Position numbers and translations under genes: made by a program. The notes beneath the pieces are model-generated. The model ran no database searches, was not told where the DNA came from, and saw only the letters and a program-made list of their open reading frames with translations. A stretch of DNA of 64,000 bases from a virus, in the IMG/VR virus record IMGVR_UViG_3300025732_000026, positions 1 to 64,000 of that record; one strand, written 5' to 3'. Within the stretch, counting starts at the first letter, position 1. Each line of letters starts with the position of its first letter. Shown here piece by piece: positions 1 to 9,858 of the stretch.

Positions 1-2
1 CA

Positions 3-398
3 CCATTTGTTCTAGTATTAAAACGAGAAGCTATTAGATATTATCTTAATAATACTAAGGTTGCACTCTATTATAACGCGAAACTTGATAAGCATTTTTC
101 AGTTCCTTATGGTCCTGATATTTCTAATCCAGCAATTCAAACGGAAGAAATTGAACAAATTGAAGAAGCTGTAATGGATATACTGCATAAAATTCATAAT
201 GAAAAACAAGCTCAAAGAGTTAAATTTGCTGATGGTTCAACTAGAAAAGTTGATGGAATGACTGCATCGGCAATAGTAGCATTGCATAAAGCTTTAAATC
301 CAGATGCTGCCGAAAAATTAAGAGATTTGGTCCATAAATCACCGTCTCATTTTGCTAAAGCATCCGAATTTGCTTTTAAACATACTACGATTAAATAA
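3..398 (+). CDS. Conserved T4-like head-region protein, 5'-truncated by the window edge (probable internal head protein)
   Basis: The frame of ORF 174..398 is open back to position 3 (PFVLVLKREAIRYY...FSVPYG...IEEAVMDILHKI). It lies directly upstream of the prohead core genes. Confidence 0.6.
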   Translation, partial: PFVLVLKREAIRYYLNNTKVALYYNAKLDKHFSVPYGPDISNPAIQTEEIEQIEEAVMDILHKIHNEKQAQRVKFADGSTRKVDGMTASAIVALHKALNPDAAEKLRDLVHKSPSHFAKASEFAFKHTTIK

Positions 399-399
399 A

Positions 400-867
400 A
401 TGAATAGTATTCAAGAATTTATTATCAACACTATTATAAATAGTAAAATAATAGAATTCCAGGAACAAATTAAATTTCGATTGAATGAAATAGCACAACA
501 TAGATTGGATGAAGCCAAAATCTATGTTGCTTCAAATATGTCAGACAACTTTAATGAATTATCAAACATTATATCAGAATCCGGTAAAAACGCAAATATA
601 GTTAAGATGGGTCGAGTGACTAAAATCCGTAGACGTATTCGAAGAAATGCTAAAGGAAAAATAGTTGTTCAGAGAAACGTCAAAAAATCTGGTATAAAAG
701 GCTATAGAATTTCTGGTTCAACTGTTAAACGAATACCAGCATTTGAAAGAATGAAAAAAGCAAGATTATTGAAACGATCATGGAAAACTTCACGCCGAGC
801 AAAATTAAGAAGAACATTACTAAAAAGAAAAATGTCAATGCGGCGCCGATCATCACTAGGAATTTAA
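400..867 (+). CDS. gp68: Prohead core protein, gp68-like
   Basis: Very basic C-terminus (RRAKLRRTLLKRKMSMRRRSSLGI) typical of gp68; located upstream of gp21. ATG 400 preferred over TTG 352. Confidence 0.7.
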   Translation: MNSIQEFIINTIINSKIIEFQEQIKFRLNEIAQHRLDEAKIYVASNMSDNFNELSNIISESGKNANIVKMGRVTKIRRRIRRNAKGKIVVQRNVKKSGIKGYRISGSTVKRIPAFERMKKARLLKRSWKTSRRAKLRRTLLKRKMSMRRRSSLGI

Positions 868-871
868 TAAA

Positions 872-1039
872 ATGGATAATATAAATTCATCTAACATAGA
901 TAAATCAGTAATCTACAATATCATAAATAATAGATTATTGGAAAATAACACTTTAATCAATACTAAATTACACAATATAGTTGAATCTAAGTTGAGAACT
1001 AAAAAACAAAATCTCAAAAAGAATTTTAATGGATTATAG
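872..1039 (+). CDS. Small 55-aa protein, possibly gp67-like (not in the ORF track)
   Basis: Manual translation MDNINSSNIDKSVIYNIINNRLLENNTLINTKLHNIVESKLRTKKQNLKKNFNGL; fills the gap exactly between two genes. Confidence 0.45.
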   Translation: MDNINSSNIDKSVIYNIINNRLLENNTLINTKLHNIVESKLRTKKQNLKKNFNGL

Positions 1040-1041
1040 AA

Positions 1042-1407
1042 ATGTTAGAAATAAAAAATACATTACGTTCAAAAAGCACGATACGAATTACCGGTAATAC
1101 TGCCACTACTATTAATTTAACTCATTTGTCAGTTAATACTACAACTGAGATAGTATCTGCGGCTAGTATAGCAATGGCATTTGCGACTGGTAGTGGTTAT
1201 TGGAAAATCTATCGAGGCGATAATGCAACTGGTAATGTTATTTTAGATTTATATCAAAATGCTAATTTACCACTGGTAGACTATGATATTCCTATAACAA
1301 CTAATGCAAGTTCCAATATTTATGTTACTAATTCAGGAACAGATGGCACATTGATATTGGTTATGTCCAAAGAAGCAACATATTCACCAGCGTTGGTAGG
1401 ATTGTAA
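1042..1407 (+). CDS. Hypothetical virion-associated protein
   Basis: Thr/Asn-rich, beta-strand-like ORF inside the head operon, abutting gp21. Confidence 0.55.
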   Translation: MLEIKNTLRSKSTIRITGNTATTINLTHLSVNTTTEIVSAASIAMAFATGSGYWKIYRGDNATGNVILDLYQNANLPLVDYDIPITTNASSNIYVTNSGTDGTLILVMSKEATYSPALVGL

Positions 1408-1408
1408 A

Positions 1409-2077
1409 ATGAAACTAATCACCGAAAATATTGATGACGCTAAATTCATAACTGAAAAAACAGAAGATGGTAAAAAGCGTTTATATATTGAAGGAACTTT
1501 TCTAGTAGCTGAAAAAGTTAATAGAAATAATCGAATGTATAAAATGGACACTCTTAGAAGAGAAGTCCAAAGATATACAGAAGAATATATAAATAAAAAT
1601 CGAGCATTAGGCGAACTTGCCCATCCGAGTTCACCCCAAATAAATCTGGATAGAGCTTCCCATCGTATTATATCATTAAAAGAAGATAATAATACTTTTT
1701 ATGGTAAAGCATTGATATTGGATACACCTTGTGGTTTGATAGCAAAAAATTTAATAGATGGTGGTGTAAGTTTAGGTGTTTCTTCAAGAGCAATGGGATC
1801 AATTGCTTTGACTAAAGAAGGATACAACTTAGTTCAAGATGATCTTAGATTGTCCACAGCAGCGGACTTAGTTCATGATCCTAGCGCAGAAGTATATGTT
1901 CAAGGAATTATGGAAGGTAAAGAATTTTGGTATGATATGGCAAAAGGAACATATATAGAGCAAGATGTTGAAAAATTATATGAAACATCTAAATCATTTA
2001 CAAAAAAACAAATAGAAAATACTGCGGCAAAGCTATTCGAGTGGTATTTAGATGGTATTACTCGTAAAAAAATTTAA
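1409..2077 (+). CDS. gp21: Prohead core scaffold/protease gp21
   Basis: MKLITE start; NRNNRMY, RALGELAHP, ILDTPCG, LGVSSRAMGS and ADLVHDPSA motifs. Confidence 0.95.
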   Translation: MKLITENIDDAKFITEKTEDGKKRLYIEGTFLVAEKVNRNNRMYKMDTLRREVQRYTEEYINKNRALGELAHPSSPQINLDRASHRIISLKEDNNTFYGKALILDTPCGLIAKNLIDGGVSLGVSSRAMGSIALTKEGYNLVQDDLRLSTAADLVHDPSAEVYVQGIMEGKEFWYDMAKGTYIEQDVEKLYETSKSFTKKQIENTAAKLFEWYLDGITRKKI

Positions 2078-2110
2078 ACTATTAAAATATAAGAGTAAAA
2101 TTCCCCATAT

Positions 2111-2118
2111 TATAAATA
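2111..2118 (+). promoter_or_regulatory. T4-type late promoter (TATAAATA)
   Basis: Exact gp55 consensus upstream of the gp22 RBS (AAGGAG). Confidence 0.75.
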
Positions 2119-2142
2119 AGAATATAACACAAGGAGATTCAA

Positions 2143-3135
2143 ATGGCAAGTGATAAATTAATGGAAGCAGCAGCAGATATTCTCAATCAAAGCAAAAAGA
2201 ATGCTCCTGCGGCACCTATGCAAAAATTAGACGCAGAAATAGTAGACTTAGGTGGTCCAAAAAACACCGATGCTAATCCATTGGATGATTCGGAAAAAAT
2301 TGATGCGACCAAGGCAGCTAAAAAAGCAACTGCGCCTACGACCCATCCTTCAGCAGCATCTTCAAAAACCGTTGATAAATTAACGAATGAAGATGCGGAA
2401 AACGATTCATCTGAAATTTTCAAAGAAGATATCAATGCTATTTTTGCTAATGAAAATCTTTCAGAAGAATTCAAAGATAAAGTAACTACGATTTTCGAAG
2501 CAAGGGTATTAGATCGCGTATCTCAGATTGAAGAAGAATTGGAATCACAATATGCAGAAGCTTTGGAAGATGCTGTTACTAATATCAATGAAGAACTATC
2601 GGAAAAAATCGACGATTATCTGAACTATGTAGTCGAACAATGGCTAGAAGAAAATGAAATCGCTATTGAGACTGGTCTTAGATCAGAATTAACCGAAGAT
2701 TTCATCTCAGGTTTAAGAAATCTTTTCGCAGAACATTATATCGACGTGCCAACTGAAAAAGTTGATTTGGTCGAAGAATTGGCTGCCAAAGTCGAATCCC
2801 TGGAAGATCAATTAAATGAAGAAATTGAGCGTGGTATCACGTTTAAAAAATCACTGATTGAATCCAAGAAAGATTTAATTATGAGGGATGTATGTGAAGG
2901 ACTAACTTCTACTCAAGCTGAAAAAATCAAAACACTTGCAGAGAGTGTGCAATTTTCCACAGAGGAAGATTATGAACAAAAGCTAGAGACGATTCGGGAA
3001 AACTATTTTCCGACTGGAGTTAAAAAAGTAGAAACTAACCATCTCCATGAAGCAATTCAAGACGATGGTAAACAGAAATATGTTGATCCATTCGTCGCGC
3101 AAGTTGCTAATGCAATTTCTCGCACAAAAATCTAA
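2143..3135 (+). CDS. gp22: Prohead core scaffolding protein gp22
   Basis: Acidic coiled coil with LSEEFKDKVTTIFEA, DDYLNYVVEQW, GLRNLFAEHYIDVP; lies between gp21 and gp23. Confidence 0.95.
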   Translation: MASDKLMEAAADILNQSKKNAPAAPMQKLDAEIVDLGGPKNTDANPLDDSEKIDATKAAKKATAPTTHPSAASSKTVDKLTNEDAENDSSEIFKEDINAIFANENLSEEFKDKVTTIFEARVLDRVSQIEEELESQYAEALEDAVTNINEELSEKIDDYLNYVVEQWLEENEIAIETGLRSELTEDFISGLRNLFAEHYIDVPTEKVDLVEELAAKVESLEDQLNEEIERGITFKKSLIESKKDLIMRDVCEGLTSTQAEKIKTLAESVQFSTEEDYEQKLETIRENYFPTGVKKVETNHLHEAIQDDGKQKYVDPFVAQVANAISRTKI

Positions 3136-3156
3136 TAATTTAAACAAGGAGTAATA

Positions 3157-4479
3157 ATGTATCTTTCAGAAAACTTACAAAGCAAATGGGAATCAGTATT
3201 AGATAATCCTGATTTGCCTGCGATTAAAGACCCATATCGTAAAGCGGTAACTGCGGTTATTTTAGAAAATCAAGCAGTTGAAATGCAAAAATCTGGTCAA
3301 ATGTTGTTTGAAGCGACTCCTGCCAATGCCGCCGGTACTGGTGGATACGGTGGTTCCGCAGCTTCAGGTGGTCCAGTTGCCGGTTTTGATCCTATTCTTA
3401 TCAGTTTAGTTCGTCGTTCATTGCCTAATTTGATCGCTTATGATATTTGCGGCGTTCAGCCAATGACAGGTCCTACCGGACTGATTTTTGCAATGCGTTC
3501 AAGCTATACCACTGCTAATATCACAGCGGGCGCAACTGAGGCATTCTATAACGAAGCTAATACCGGTTTTGCTGGTATCGCAGGTGCGCAACAATCATTG
3601 ACAGTTGGTTCTGCCGCTGCCAATACGTTTGTTGCTAATGCAGCCGCTTGTACCGCAATGGCTACTGCTACTGCCGAAGATTTGACTTTCCAAGAAATGG
3701 CATTCTCTATTGAGAAAGTAGCTGTTACTGCTAAAACTCGTGCATTGAAAGCAGAATATTCAATTGAACTTGCACAAGACTTGAAAGCAGTTCATGGATT
3801 GGATGCTGAAACGGAATTGGCTAATATTCTTTCTAGTGAAATTCTATCAGAAATTAATCGTGAAGTTGTTCGCACGATTTATGGTACTGCAAAAACTGGT
3901 TGTCAAGTAGGTACTACTACTGCCGGTCAGTTTGATTTGGATACTGATTCTAATGGTCGTTGGCTGGTAGAAAAAGTAAAAGGTTTGGCATTCCAAATTG
4001 AGCGCGAATGTAATACTATTGCTAAAACGACTCGTCGTGGTAAAGGCAATATTATGATCTGTACATCTGATGTTGCTAGTGCGTTGGCAATGGCGGGTTT
4101 ATTGGATTATAATTCAGCACTTCAAGGGCAAGTTAATTTGAACGTTGATGATACTGGTAATACCTTTGCTGGTACGATGTTTGGTCGTATCAAAGTTTAT
4201 ATTGATCCATATGCCGCAGTATCTTCTACTAGAGAATTTGCAGTAGTTGGATATAAAGGTACTAATGCGTATGATGCTGGACTTTTCTATTGTCCATATG
4301 TTCCATTACAAATGGTACGTGCAGTTGATACTAATAACTTCCAACCAAAAATCGGTTTCAAAACGCGCTATGGGCTAGTTGCTAATCCATTCGCTGAAGG
4401 AACTACTCAAGGTCTAGGTGGATTGAATGTATTGACGAATAACTATTATCGTGCATTTAAAATAACCAATCTTTTATAA
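3157..4479 (+). CDS. gp23: Major capsid protein gp23
   Basis: DICGVQPMTGPTGLIFAMR, AQDLKAVHGLDAETELANILS, FQPKIGFKTRYG motifs. Confidence 0.99.
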   Translation: MYLSENLQSKWESVLDNPDLPAIKDPYRKAVTAVILENQAVEMQKSGQMLFEATPANAAGTGGYGGSAASGGPVAGFDPILISLVRRSLPNLIAYDICGVQPMTGPTGLIFAMRSSYTTANITAGATEAFYNEANTGFAGIAGAQQSLTVGSAAANTFVANAAACTAMATATAEDLTFQEMAFSIEKVAVTAKTRALKAEYSIELAQDLKAVHGLDAETELANILSSEILSEINREVVRTIYGTAKTGCQVGTTTAGQFDLDTDSNGRWLVEKVKGLAFQIERECNTIAKTTRRGKGNIMICTSDVASALAMAGLLDYNSALQGQVNLNVDDTGNTFAGTMFGRIKVYIDPYAAVSSTREFAVVGYKGTNAYDAGLFYCPYVPLQMVRAVDTNNFQPKIGFKTRYGLVANPFAEGTTQGLGGLNVLTNNYYRAFKITNLL

Positions 4480-4504
4480 CATTAATATTTAATTATGTTA
4501 TAAT

Positions 4505-4532
4505 AAAAGGGAAGCAATTGCTTCCCTTTTTT
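4505..4532 (+). terminator. Rho-independent terminator after gp23
   Basis: AAAAGGGAAGC-AATT-GCTTCCCTTTTTT: perfect stem followed by a U-tract. Confidence 0.9.
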
Positions 4533-4597
4533 CATTTATAGATACTCTCCACGATACAGGAATATCCGAGAGTTCTAACATTACCAGAGATGTCAGC

Positions 4598-6268
4598 ATG
4601 AATATTTATACAGAAACAACTAATCAAAGTCAAGAAATTCCTTTATGTCCATGTGGACAACATACCCATTTAGATAAAGCATATCCAGAAAAGGGCTATA
4701 CACAGTATTGTTCAGATGCATGTTCTAAGAAATATAGAAGTCAAAATAAAGAATATAACAAAATATTATCCAATAAAGATTGGCTGATTGATCAATTCAT
4801 AGACCAGAAAAAAGCAAAATGCCAGATTGCTAAAGAACTAAATTGTTCCGAAACAGTAATCAATAAATGGCTAAAAATCCACGATATTATTAAACCAAAG
4901 AAACATTCATGTCCCGAAATTTCAACTATTAATTATAATAATATTAATTCGAACATTGAATTGACCAAAGAAAATTTAGAATTTTTAGTAAAAACATATA
5001 CAAGTAAAACAAAATTACTTGAGAAACTAAAATTAAAACCAACCCAATTTAGAAGATTGCTGAAATCATTCGACATAGAATATGATGGTAGAAAAACGAG
5101 TAACACTAGAAGAAAACATGAAATTCCATCTAAAGAAGTGCTAATCGAGTTATATGAAAATCAAAATCTAACAATATTAGATATTTCAAAGAAATTCGAA
5201 TCATCCAATGTTACTGTTAGAAAATGGTTCAAACATCATAATATTGAATTATTAGAACATGCTGTAAATATTAAAAATAAAGTGTTGCCTAAGACGCGAA
5301 AAATTATGCTTGAACGTTATGGAAATGAAGTATATTTTGCAACCGATGAAGCTAAACAAAAGATTGCTAATACATTCATTGCAAAATATGGGGTTCGATA
5401 TCATCCAATAGGAAGTATATCCAAAGCGGAATTGGAAGTTTTAGATTTTCTAAATGAATTGGAACCAGGATTTCAAAATACTAAAATATTCGGAATAGAA
5501 CTTGATGGATATAATCCAAATATCAAAGTAGCAATGGAATTCAATGGATTATATTGGCATACGGAGGGAAGGAAAGGTAAGAATTTACATGAAAGAAAAT
5601 ATCGATTATGCAAAGAAAATGATATTAGATTATTCACTATCTTCGAAGATGAATGGCGCCATAGACAATCTCAAGTTAAGTCATTTATTCGCTCGGCATT
5701 GAATAAAAATGATATTAGACTATATGCTAGAGATCTGAAATTAGAAATTGTTGAACATCGACATATAGATGCATTAAAATTTATAGAAAATCATCATATT
5801 CAAGAAGTACCTTCAATTTTGAGTATTTTAAAACATTTCATGTTACTGGATAAAAATGGTTCTATCATTTCTTGTATGACTTTTTCCAGACACCCAAGAA
5901 ACGAATCAGAAATAGTCCTAAGTCGATATTGTGTAAAATCCAATCATTCCATATTAGGAGGCGCTAAAAGATTATTCAAACATGCCATTGATTATTTCAA
6001 GTGTGATATTAAAACATGGTCTGATAATCGCTGGACCGAGGGTAATTTATATGATAGACTTGGTTTTAAATTGTATAAAAATCTACCTAAAGATTATTCA
6101 TATGTAATTCCAGGAAATAATAGTATTAGAATACCAAAACAATCAATGTCTAAAACTAAAATGAAAGCAAGTGAAAATCAAACAGAATATGAAAGAGCAT
6201 TAGAATTGGGATTTGATAGAATCTGGGACTGTGGAAAGAAAACTTGGATTTTTAAATACAATAATTAA
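4598..6268 (+). CDS. Putative free-standing homing endonuclease (Hef/Vsr-like PD-(D/E)xK) with HTH repeats
   Basis: N-terminal Cys motifs, HTH repeats, KYG repeats, ELDGY..KVAMEFNGLYWH and IFEDEW; C-terminal domain ending RIWDCG. Paralogous to 23511..25124. Confidence 0.75.
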   Translation: MNIYTETTNQSQEIPLCPCGQHTHLDKAYPEKGYTQYCSDACSKKYRSQNKEYNKILSNKDWLIDQFIDQKKAKCQIAKELNCSETVINKWLKIHDIIKPKKHSCPEISTINYNNINSNIELTKENLEFLVKTYTSKTKLLEKLKLKPTQFRRLLKSFDIEYDGRKTSNTRRKHEIPSKEVLIELYENQNLTILDISKKFESSNVTVRKWFKHHNIELLEHAVNIKNKVLPKTRKIMLERYGNEVYFATDEAKQKIANTFIAKYGVRYHPIGSISKAELEVLDFLNELEPGFQNTKIFGIELDGYNPNIKVAMEFNGLYWHTEGRKGKNLHERKYRLCKENDIRLFTIFEDEWRHRQSQVKSFIRSALNKNDIRLYARDLKLEIVEHRHIDALKFIENHHIQEVPSILSILKHFMLLDKNGSIISCMTFSRHPRNESEIVLSRYCVKSNHSILGGAKRLFKHAIDYFKCDIKTWSDNRWTEGNLYDRLGFKLYKNLPKDYSYVIPGNNSIRIPKQSMSKTKMKASENQTEYERALELGFDRIWDCGKKTWIFKYNN

Positions 6269-6271
6269 GAA

Positions 6272-6646
6272 TCAACATTTAACAACATCAACACAACCAT
6301 ATCGATCTTTTCTTGTTAATATTCTTTCTTTAATATCTATTAAAATATTTGATACCAAGGAATCATATGACATGTTACCGGTATTAGTAGGATAACTATT
6401 AAATATCTCAATTATTTGATCGATTTCGGTATTTACGATACGTTGAATAATATCGGATCGTTTTTCTGTTTCACTAACATACCTTAACGCAGTTTGATAC
6501 CTAGTCTCATCTGGAAATTTATGAGAAACTTGCATTAATAAAGTATTTAATTGAATATCTCTTTCATTTTGGGCATTTGTAAATTGAGATAATTCAAGAT
6601 ACAATTTATCAATAATTTCAGTATCTTTCTTTTCTATTATATTCAT
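6272..6646 (-). CDS. Hypothetical protein
   Basis: ORF in the tightly packed minus-strand accessory block. Confidence 0.6.
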   Translation of the reverse strand: MNIIEKKDTEIIDKLYLELSQFTNAQNERDIQLNTLLMQVSHKFPDETRYQTALRYVSETEKRSDIIQRIVNTEIDQIIEIFNSYPTNTGNMSYDSLVSNILIDIKERILTRKDRYGCVDVVKC

Positions 6647-6706
6647 TTTTACTAATACGATTCTTTAATTTAATTAATTTATACCAAAATAAAATTAACA
6701 ATATAT

Positions 6707-6898
6707 TTATTGATTACAGTCCCATGTAATAATGTCATATTCACATTTAAAAACTTTCCAGGCACATTTCAATCTATATAATAGAGATTTATTTCCTAAT
6801 GGTCTAGCATAAACCCAAACATTTTGTTTATTTGTTTGGTGTTTCCAATCTTTTATTTCATTAATTGAAAATTCAGATATGCCTTGAAATTTACGCAT
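6707..6898 (-). CDS. Hypothetical phage protein
   Basis: WVYARP...RLKCAWKVF pattern typical of small phage accessory proteins; overlaps its neighbour. Confidence 0.6.
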   Translation of the reverse strand: MRKFQGISEFSINEIKDWKHQTNKQNVWVYARPLGNKSLLYRLKCAWKVFKCEYDIITWDCNQ

Positions 6899-7115
6899 TA
6901 TTCAATTCTTTTAATTTATTACTAATATCAAGTAAATCTTTCCAATCATACACATATTCACAATTAGGATTAAACCACCAACCATCTGGCCACAAACACA
7001 ATTGTCCAACACAGATATTATTAAGATCATCATCAATAATATCGTAATGAACATCATTTATTTTAGTGAATGTTAACATAATAATTCCAATAATTTTAAG
7101 TAATGCTATACGCAA
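6891..7115 (-). CDS. Hypothetical protein (true start probably ATG ~7079)
   Basis: Minus-strand ORF coupled to its neighbours. Confidence 0.55.
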   Translation of the reverse strand: MRIALLKIIGIIMLTFTKINDVHYDIIDDDLNNICVGQLCLWPDGWWFNPNCEYVYDWKDLLDISNKLKELNNA

Positions 7116-7320
7116 AATCTAGCAATGTATCTATTTGAGATACATGATATGTATCCTCATACATTGGTTCACCACCATATTGCGGCACCGTAAAAACAAC
7201 AAACACATCCCATATGCGATATACTTCACACCCACCTTCTTCAATCCAATTTATTACACAATTTTCGTTATGTTTAAGATTTTGCAGTTTTACTCTATCA
7301 GTTTGCAATCTAGTATTCAT
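7096..7320 (-). CDS. Hypothetical phage protein
   Basis: EEGGCEVYR..VPQYGGEP motif; part of the accessory block. Confidence 0.6.
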   Translation of the reverse strand: MNTRLQTDRVKLQNLKHNENCVINWIEEGGCEVYRIWDVFVVFTVPQYGGEPMYEDTYHVSQIDTLLDFAYSIT

Positions 7321-7495
7321 TTAATTTCCATAGACTCACATGGTTTGGCCATTCTTTTTCTAGTCGCTTCATTATTTAATGCAACTAATCCACAACCAGA
7401 ACAATACATCCAACTCACTATTTTTTGCTAAAAATATGAGGTGCTGTTTTGAACGATTTTTGTTGATGCTCCCATTTTTCTCGTTTAGTTGCCAT
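7317..7495 (-). pseudogene. Small Cys/His (Zn-binding-like) protein interrupted by an apparent 1-nt deletion
   Basis: MATKREKWEHQQKSFKTAPHIFSKK then stop. Adding one A to the A6 run (T6 at 7421-7426) gives a 59-aa ORF continuing IVSWMYCSGCGLVALNNEATRKRMAKPC... Confidence 0.5.
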
Positions 7496-7591
7496 ATATC
7501 AACTCATATACTTTCAAATAATTATCATTTTGCGCGTATCAATATAAATTATATTGATGCCAGTATTAACATTATTAACATTATTAAAATG

Positions 7592-7663
7592 TGGTTGCGG
7601 TCGCAGGAATCGAACCTGTCCTTCAGTTTATGAGACTGATATGCACCATTACACTTCCCCGCA
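7592..7663 (-). tRNA. tRNA with CAT anticodon (Met, fMet-like 5' end), imperfect acceptor stem
   Basis: Minus strand TGCGGGG...TCAGT-CTCATAA-ACTGA...GGTTCGATTCC...CCGCA-A-CCA. Confidence 0.8.
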
Positions 7664-7700
7664 ATAGTTTCTAACTAAAAGAAATCAAATCATGCTTCAC

Positions 7701-7728
7701 ATTATACATATCAATTTTTATTTGGCAA
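7701..7728 (-). promoter_or_regulatory. Sigma70-like promoter upstream of the tRNA
   Basis: TTGCCA-16 nt-TATAAT on the minus strand. Confidence 0.55.
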
Positions 7729-7991
7729 GCGTTTATTAGTAACTTTTTTCAATTATTTACATATTCTTTACTTCGATGTATCTATTATAATACAATATAT
7801 CAAAATAACATTTTATCGTTTATAATCAATAACTAACAATTTTCTTAAACATTTAACAATATTCAATAAAAACAAAGAGTTACAAAAATATTAAAATAAT
7901 TACACTCGTTTTGATATATAAGTATGTCTTTCATTATTTTAATTATCATTTATATTAGGGAAATTATATATTATACAATCTAATCAATATG

Positions 7992-8246
7992 TTATAATAG
8001 AATAGGATGTACTTTAACTGGATATTCATGTATTTTTCTTAATTTTTTAATACTTTTCACTAAAAAATCAAATTCATTCCAATCTAAGTTGATTGCTCCA
8101 CTATCATTCGTGGATAAATTTTCTTGTGAAATGCATAAGAAAGTTCCAGCACCCTCATCTGAAATGTAAATATATGTATTATGTTCACCAAATATAGGTG
8201 ATTCATTTTCTTTATGAATCGCATACTTAATTGGAGTTATTTTCAT
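7992..8246 (-). CDS. Hypothetical phage protein
   Basis: ORF 7992..8303; likely start MKITPIK at 8246, preceded by GAGG. Confidence 0.55.
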   Translation of the reverse strand: MKITPIKYAIHKENESPIFGEHNTYIYISDEGAGTFLCISQENLSTNDSGAINLDWNEFDFLVKSIKKLRKIHEYPVKVHPILL

Positions 8247-8430
8247 ACCATTCCTCAAATTTAGATAATATAAATTTGGTAGCATTCGCTCCCACATCTT
8301 CAATCAATTCTATAGTAAATCGCATTATAATCTTATCAGATTCATTCACTATAATAATGCTATAATTTTCTTTTTTGCAAAAATAACCATCTGGTAAAAA
8401 TTGATTAATATTTTGTATTAGTTTATTCAT
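8227..8430 (-). CDS. Hypothetical protein
   Basis: Start overlaps the thyX stop. Confidence 0.5.
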   Translation of the reverse strand: MNKLIQNINQFLPDGYFCKKENYSIIIVNESDKIIMRFTIELIEDVGANATKFILSKFEEWYENNSN

Positions 8431-9392
8431 AATGTTTGTCTATACTGAACCCAACCTCTAAAATTACCACTCCATCTGTTTGCATATCTATCAGTATGAG
8501 TTATACCATCCTCATAATCTTGATAACCAGCTACATGCTTCATGGGAGTTGCTTGATGCTCCATAGGAGACATATGTCTAGCGTTTAATAATTTATCGGC
8601 TAAAGCTATATCACTATCAATAACTGGGCTACTATTATCATGAGTTAGATATGATACGCGAGCGCACCTCGCAGCCGAACATTTAATAGCTTGAGTTGTA
8701 GATAAAACTCCGTTTAAATCATTATTTATTTTACCAATAGGTAGATATTCATTACCAAAAATTGGATCAGTAAAATCCTTAAACTCAACATAAGGGAGAT
8801 GCCATTCCCCTACTCCCAATTCCCTTGGTACACTATTATCCATAGCTTCTTTCATAACTCTAGCCAGCTCCCGCATTTCTGGTTGAGCGGCTGAATCTAA
8901 ACGTAACGTAAAGAAATTATCCCATTCTGTCGCAGTAACAATAACCTTAATATGTTGAAATGTATCTAGTAGTCGATTCGATACTTGTTTATGTATGTTA
9001 ATATCATTAAATCGCTTTGTCCAAAATACAGCATCCTTCGCAGCAGACTTCCATAAACTTTCAGGCACACTTCTATCTGAATATTCATTATCAGCTTGCA
9101 TTCCTGGTTGATTTATACCCCAGTGAATTGGCATTGCTGGATTCTCTTTTATTTGATCTAACATTTTTTTAACGGGAATAGCTCGACTGCTAGATGCGTT
9201 TCTACTTAACATAGGATCATCCATAAAATCTATGGATTGCTTCAGCACTACATCGTAGTTCTCATCATCCATGCTAAGTAATCTATGAGTTTTACACTCC
9301 GCATGAATAAATCGCGGATATTCTAACTCCAATGTTGTTATACGAATGTTATTAGCCACGCTATCAGCTATTATTTGTGCAGAAATTGTCAT
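8427..9392 (-). CDS. thyX: Flavin-dependent thymidylate synthase (ThyX/Thy1, phage type)
   Basis: YPRFIHAE..THR, SRNASSSRAIP, HKQVSNRLL, AQPEM, SAARCARVSY, HMSPMEHQA motifs. Confidence 0.88.
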   Translation of the reverse strand: MTISAQIIADSVANNIRITTLELEYPRFIHAECKTHRLLSMDDENYDVVLKQSIDFMDDPMLSRNASSSRAIPVKKMLDQIKENPAMPIHWGINQPGMQADNEYSDRSVPESLWKSAAKDAVFWTKRFNDINIHKQVSNRLLDTFQHIKVIVTATEWDNFFTLRLDSAAQPEMRELARVMKEAMDNSVPRELGVGEWHLPYVEFKDFTDPIFGNEYLPIGKINNDLNGVLSTTQAIKCSAARCARVSYLTHDNSSPVIDSDIALADKLLNARHMSPMEHQATPMKHVAGYQDYEDGITHTDRYANRWSGNFRGWVQYRQTL

Positions 9393-9455
9393 ATAATAAT
9401 CTCTCTAAAAAGCATATTTTTCAATGCTGGTTGGGTTGTACGTTGGAATATTAGT

Positions 9456-9692
9456 TTATTCCAATTTATTTTTTAATGGGTGAGTAGTTGAATCAGTTAC
9501 CGATACGATTGTTGTATAAAGTGGAATATAAAAGACGCAATCAACACCTCGCTCCGAAATTGTGTATGGAAAAGCAATTCTACTAGACAAGTCTTGTGAA
9601 CTAGCTTTGACTCGATAACAAGTGCCAGCTTTCGGACACAAAGTTTGTGAACATAACATGTTCCAGTTTCCAGGCGGCTGATTTATGATCAT
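9456..9692 (-). CDS. Small Cys-rich hypothetical protein
   Basis: CxxxxCPxxxxCYR...C pattern. Confidence 0.55.
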   Translation of the reverse strand: MIINQPPGNWNMLCSQTLCPKAGTCYRVKASSQDLSSRIAFPYTISERGVDCVFYIPLYTTIVSVTDSTTHPLKNKLE

Positions 9693-9858
9693 AATGTCAT
9701 ATCAAATTTAAAATTATAATTTTTTATTTTCGAATAAAACATCATGTATTGTTATGTGATCTAGTATCAAGATTATATCTATGAACCACGATATTATTAA
9801 CATCAATAGGGGTTATCTTGTATTTTGTAGATTGTAGATTACTGACATATTAGTATTA

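Noticed and set aside
2187-2474. Antisense ORFs in the track (also 27410, 28383, 46210, 54427, 59719 and similar)
   Set aside because: Shadows of well-supported genes on the opposite strand, with no RBS or motifs.
7740-7990. AT-rich gap with IHF-like AATCAA/AAACAA motifs
   Set aside because: Matches to WATCAANNNNTTR are imperfect and expected by chance at this AT content.
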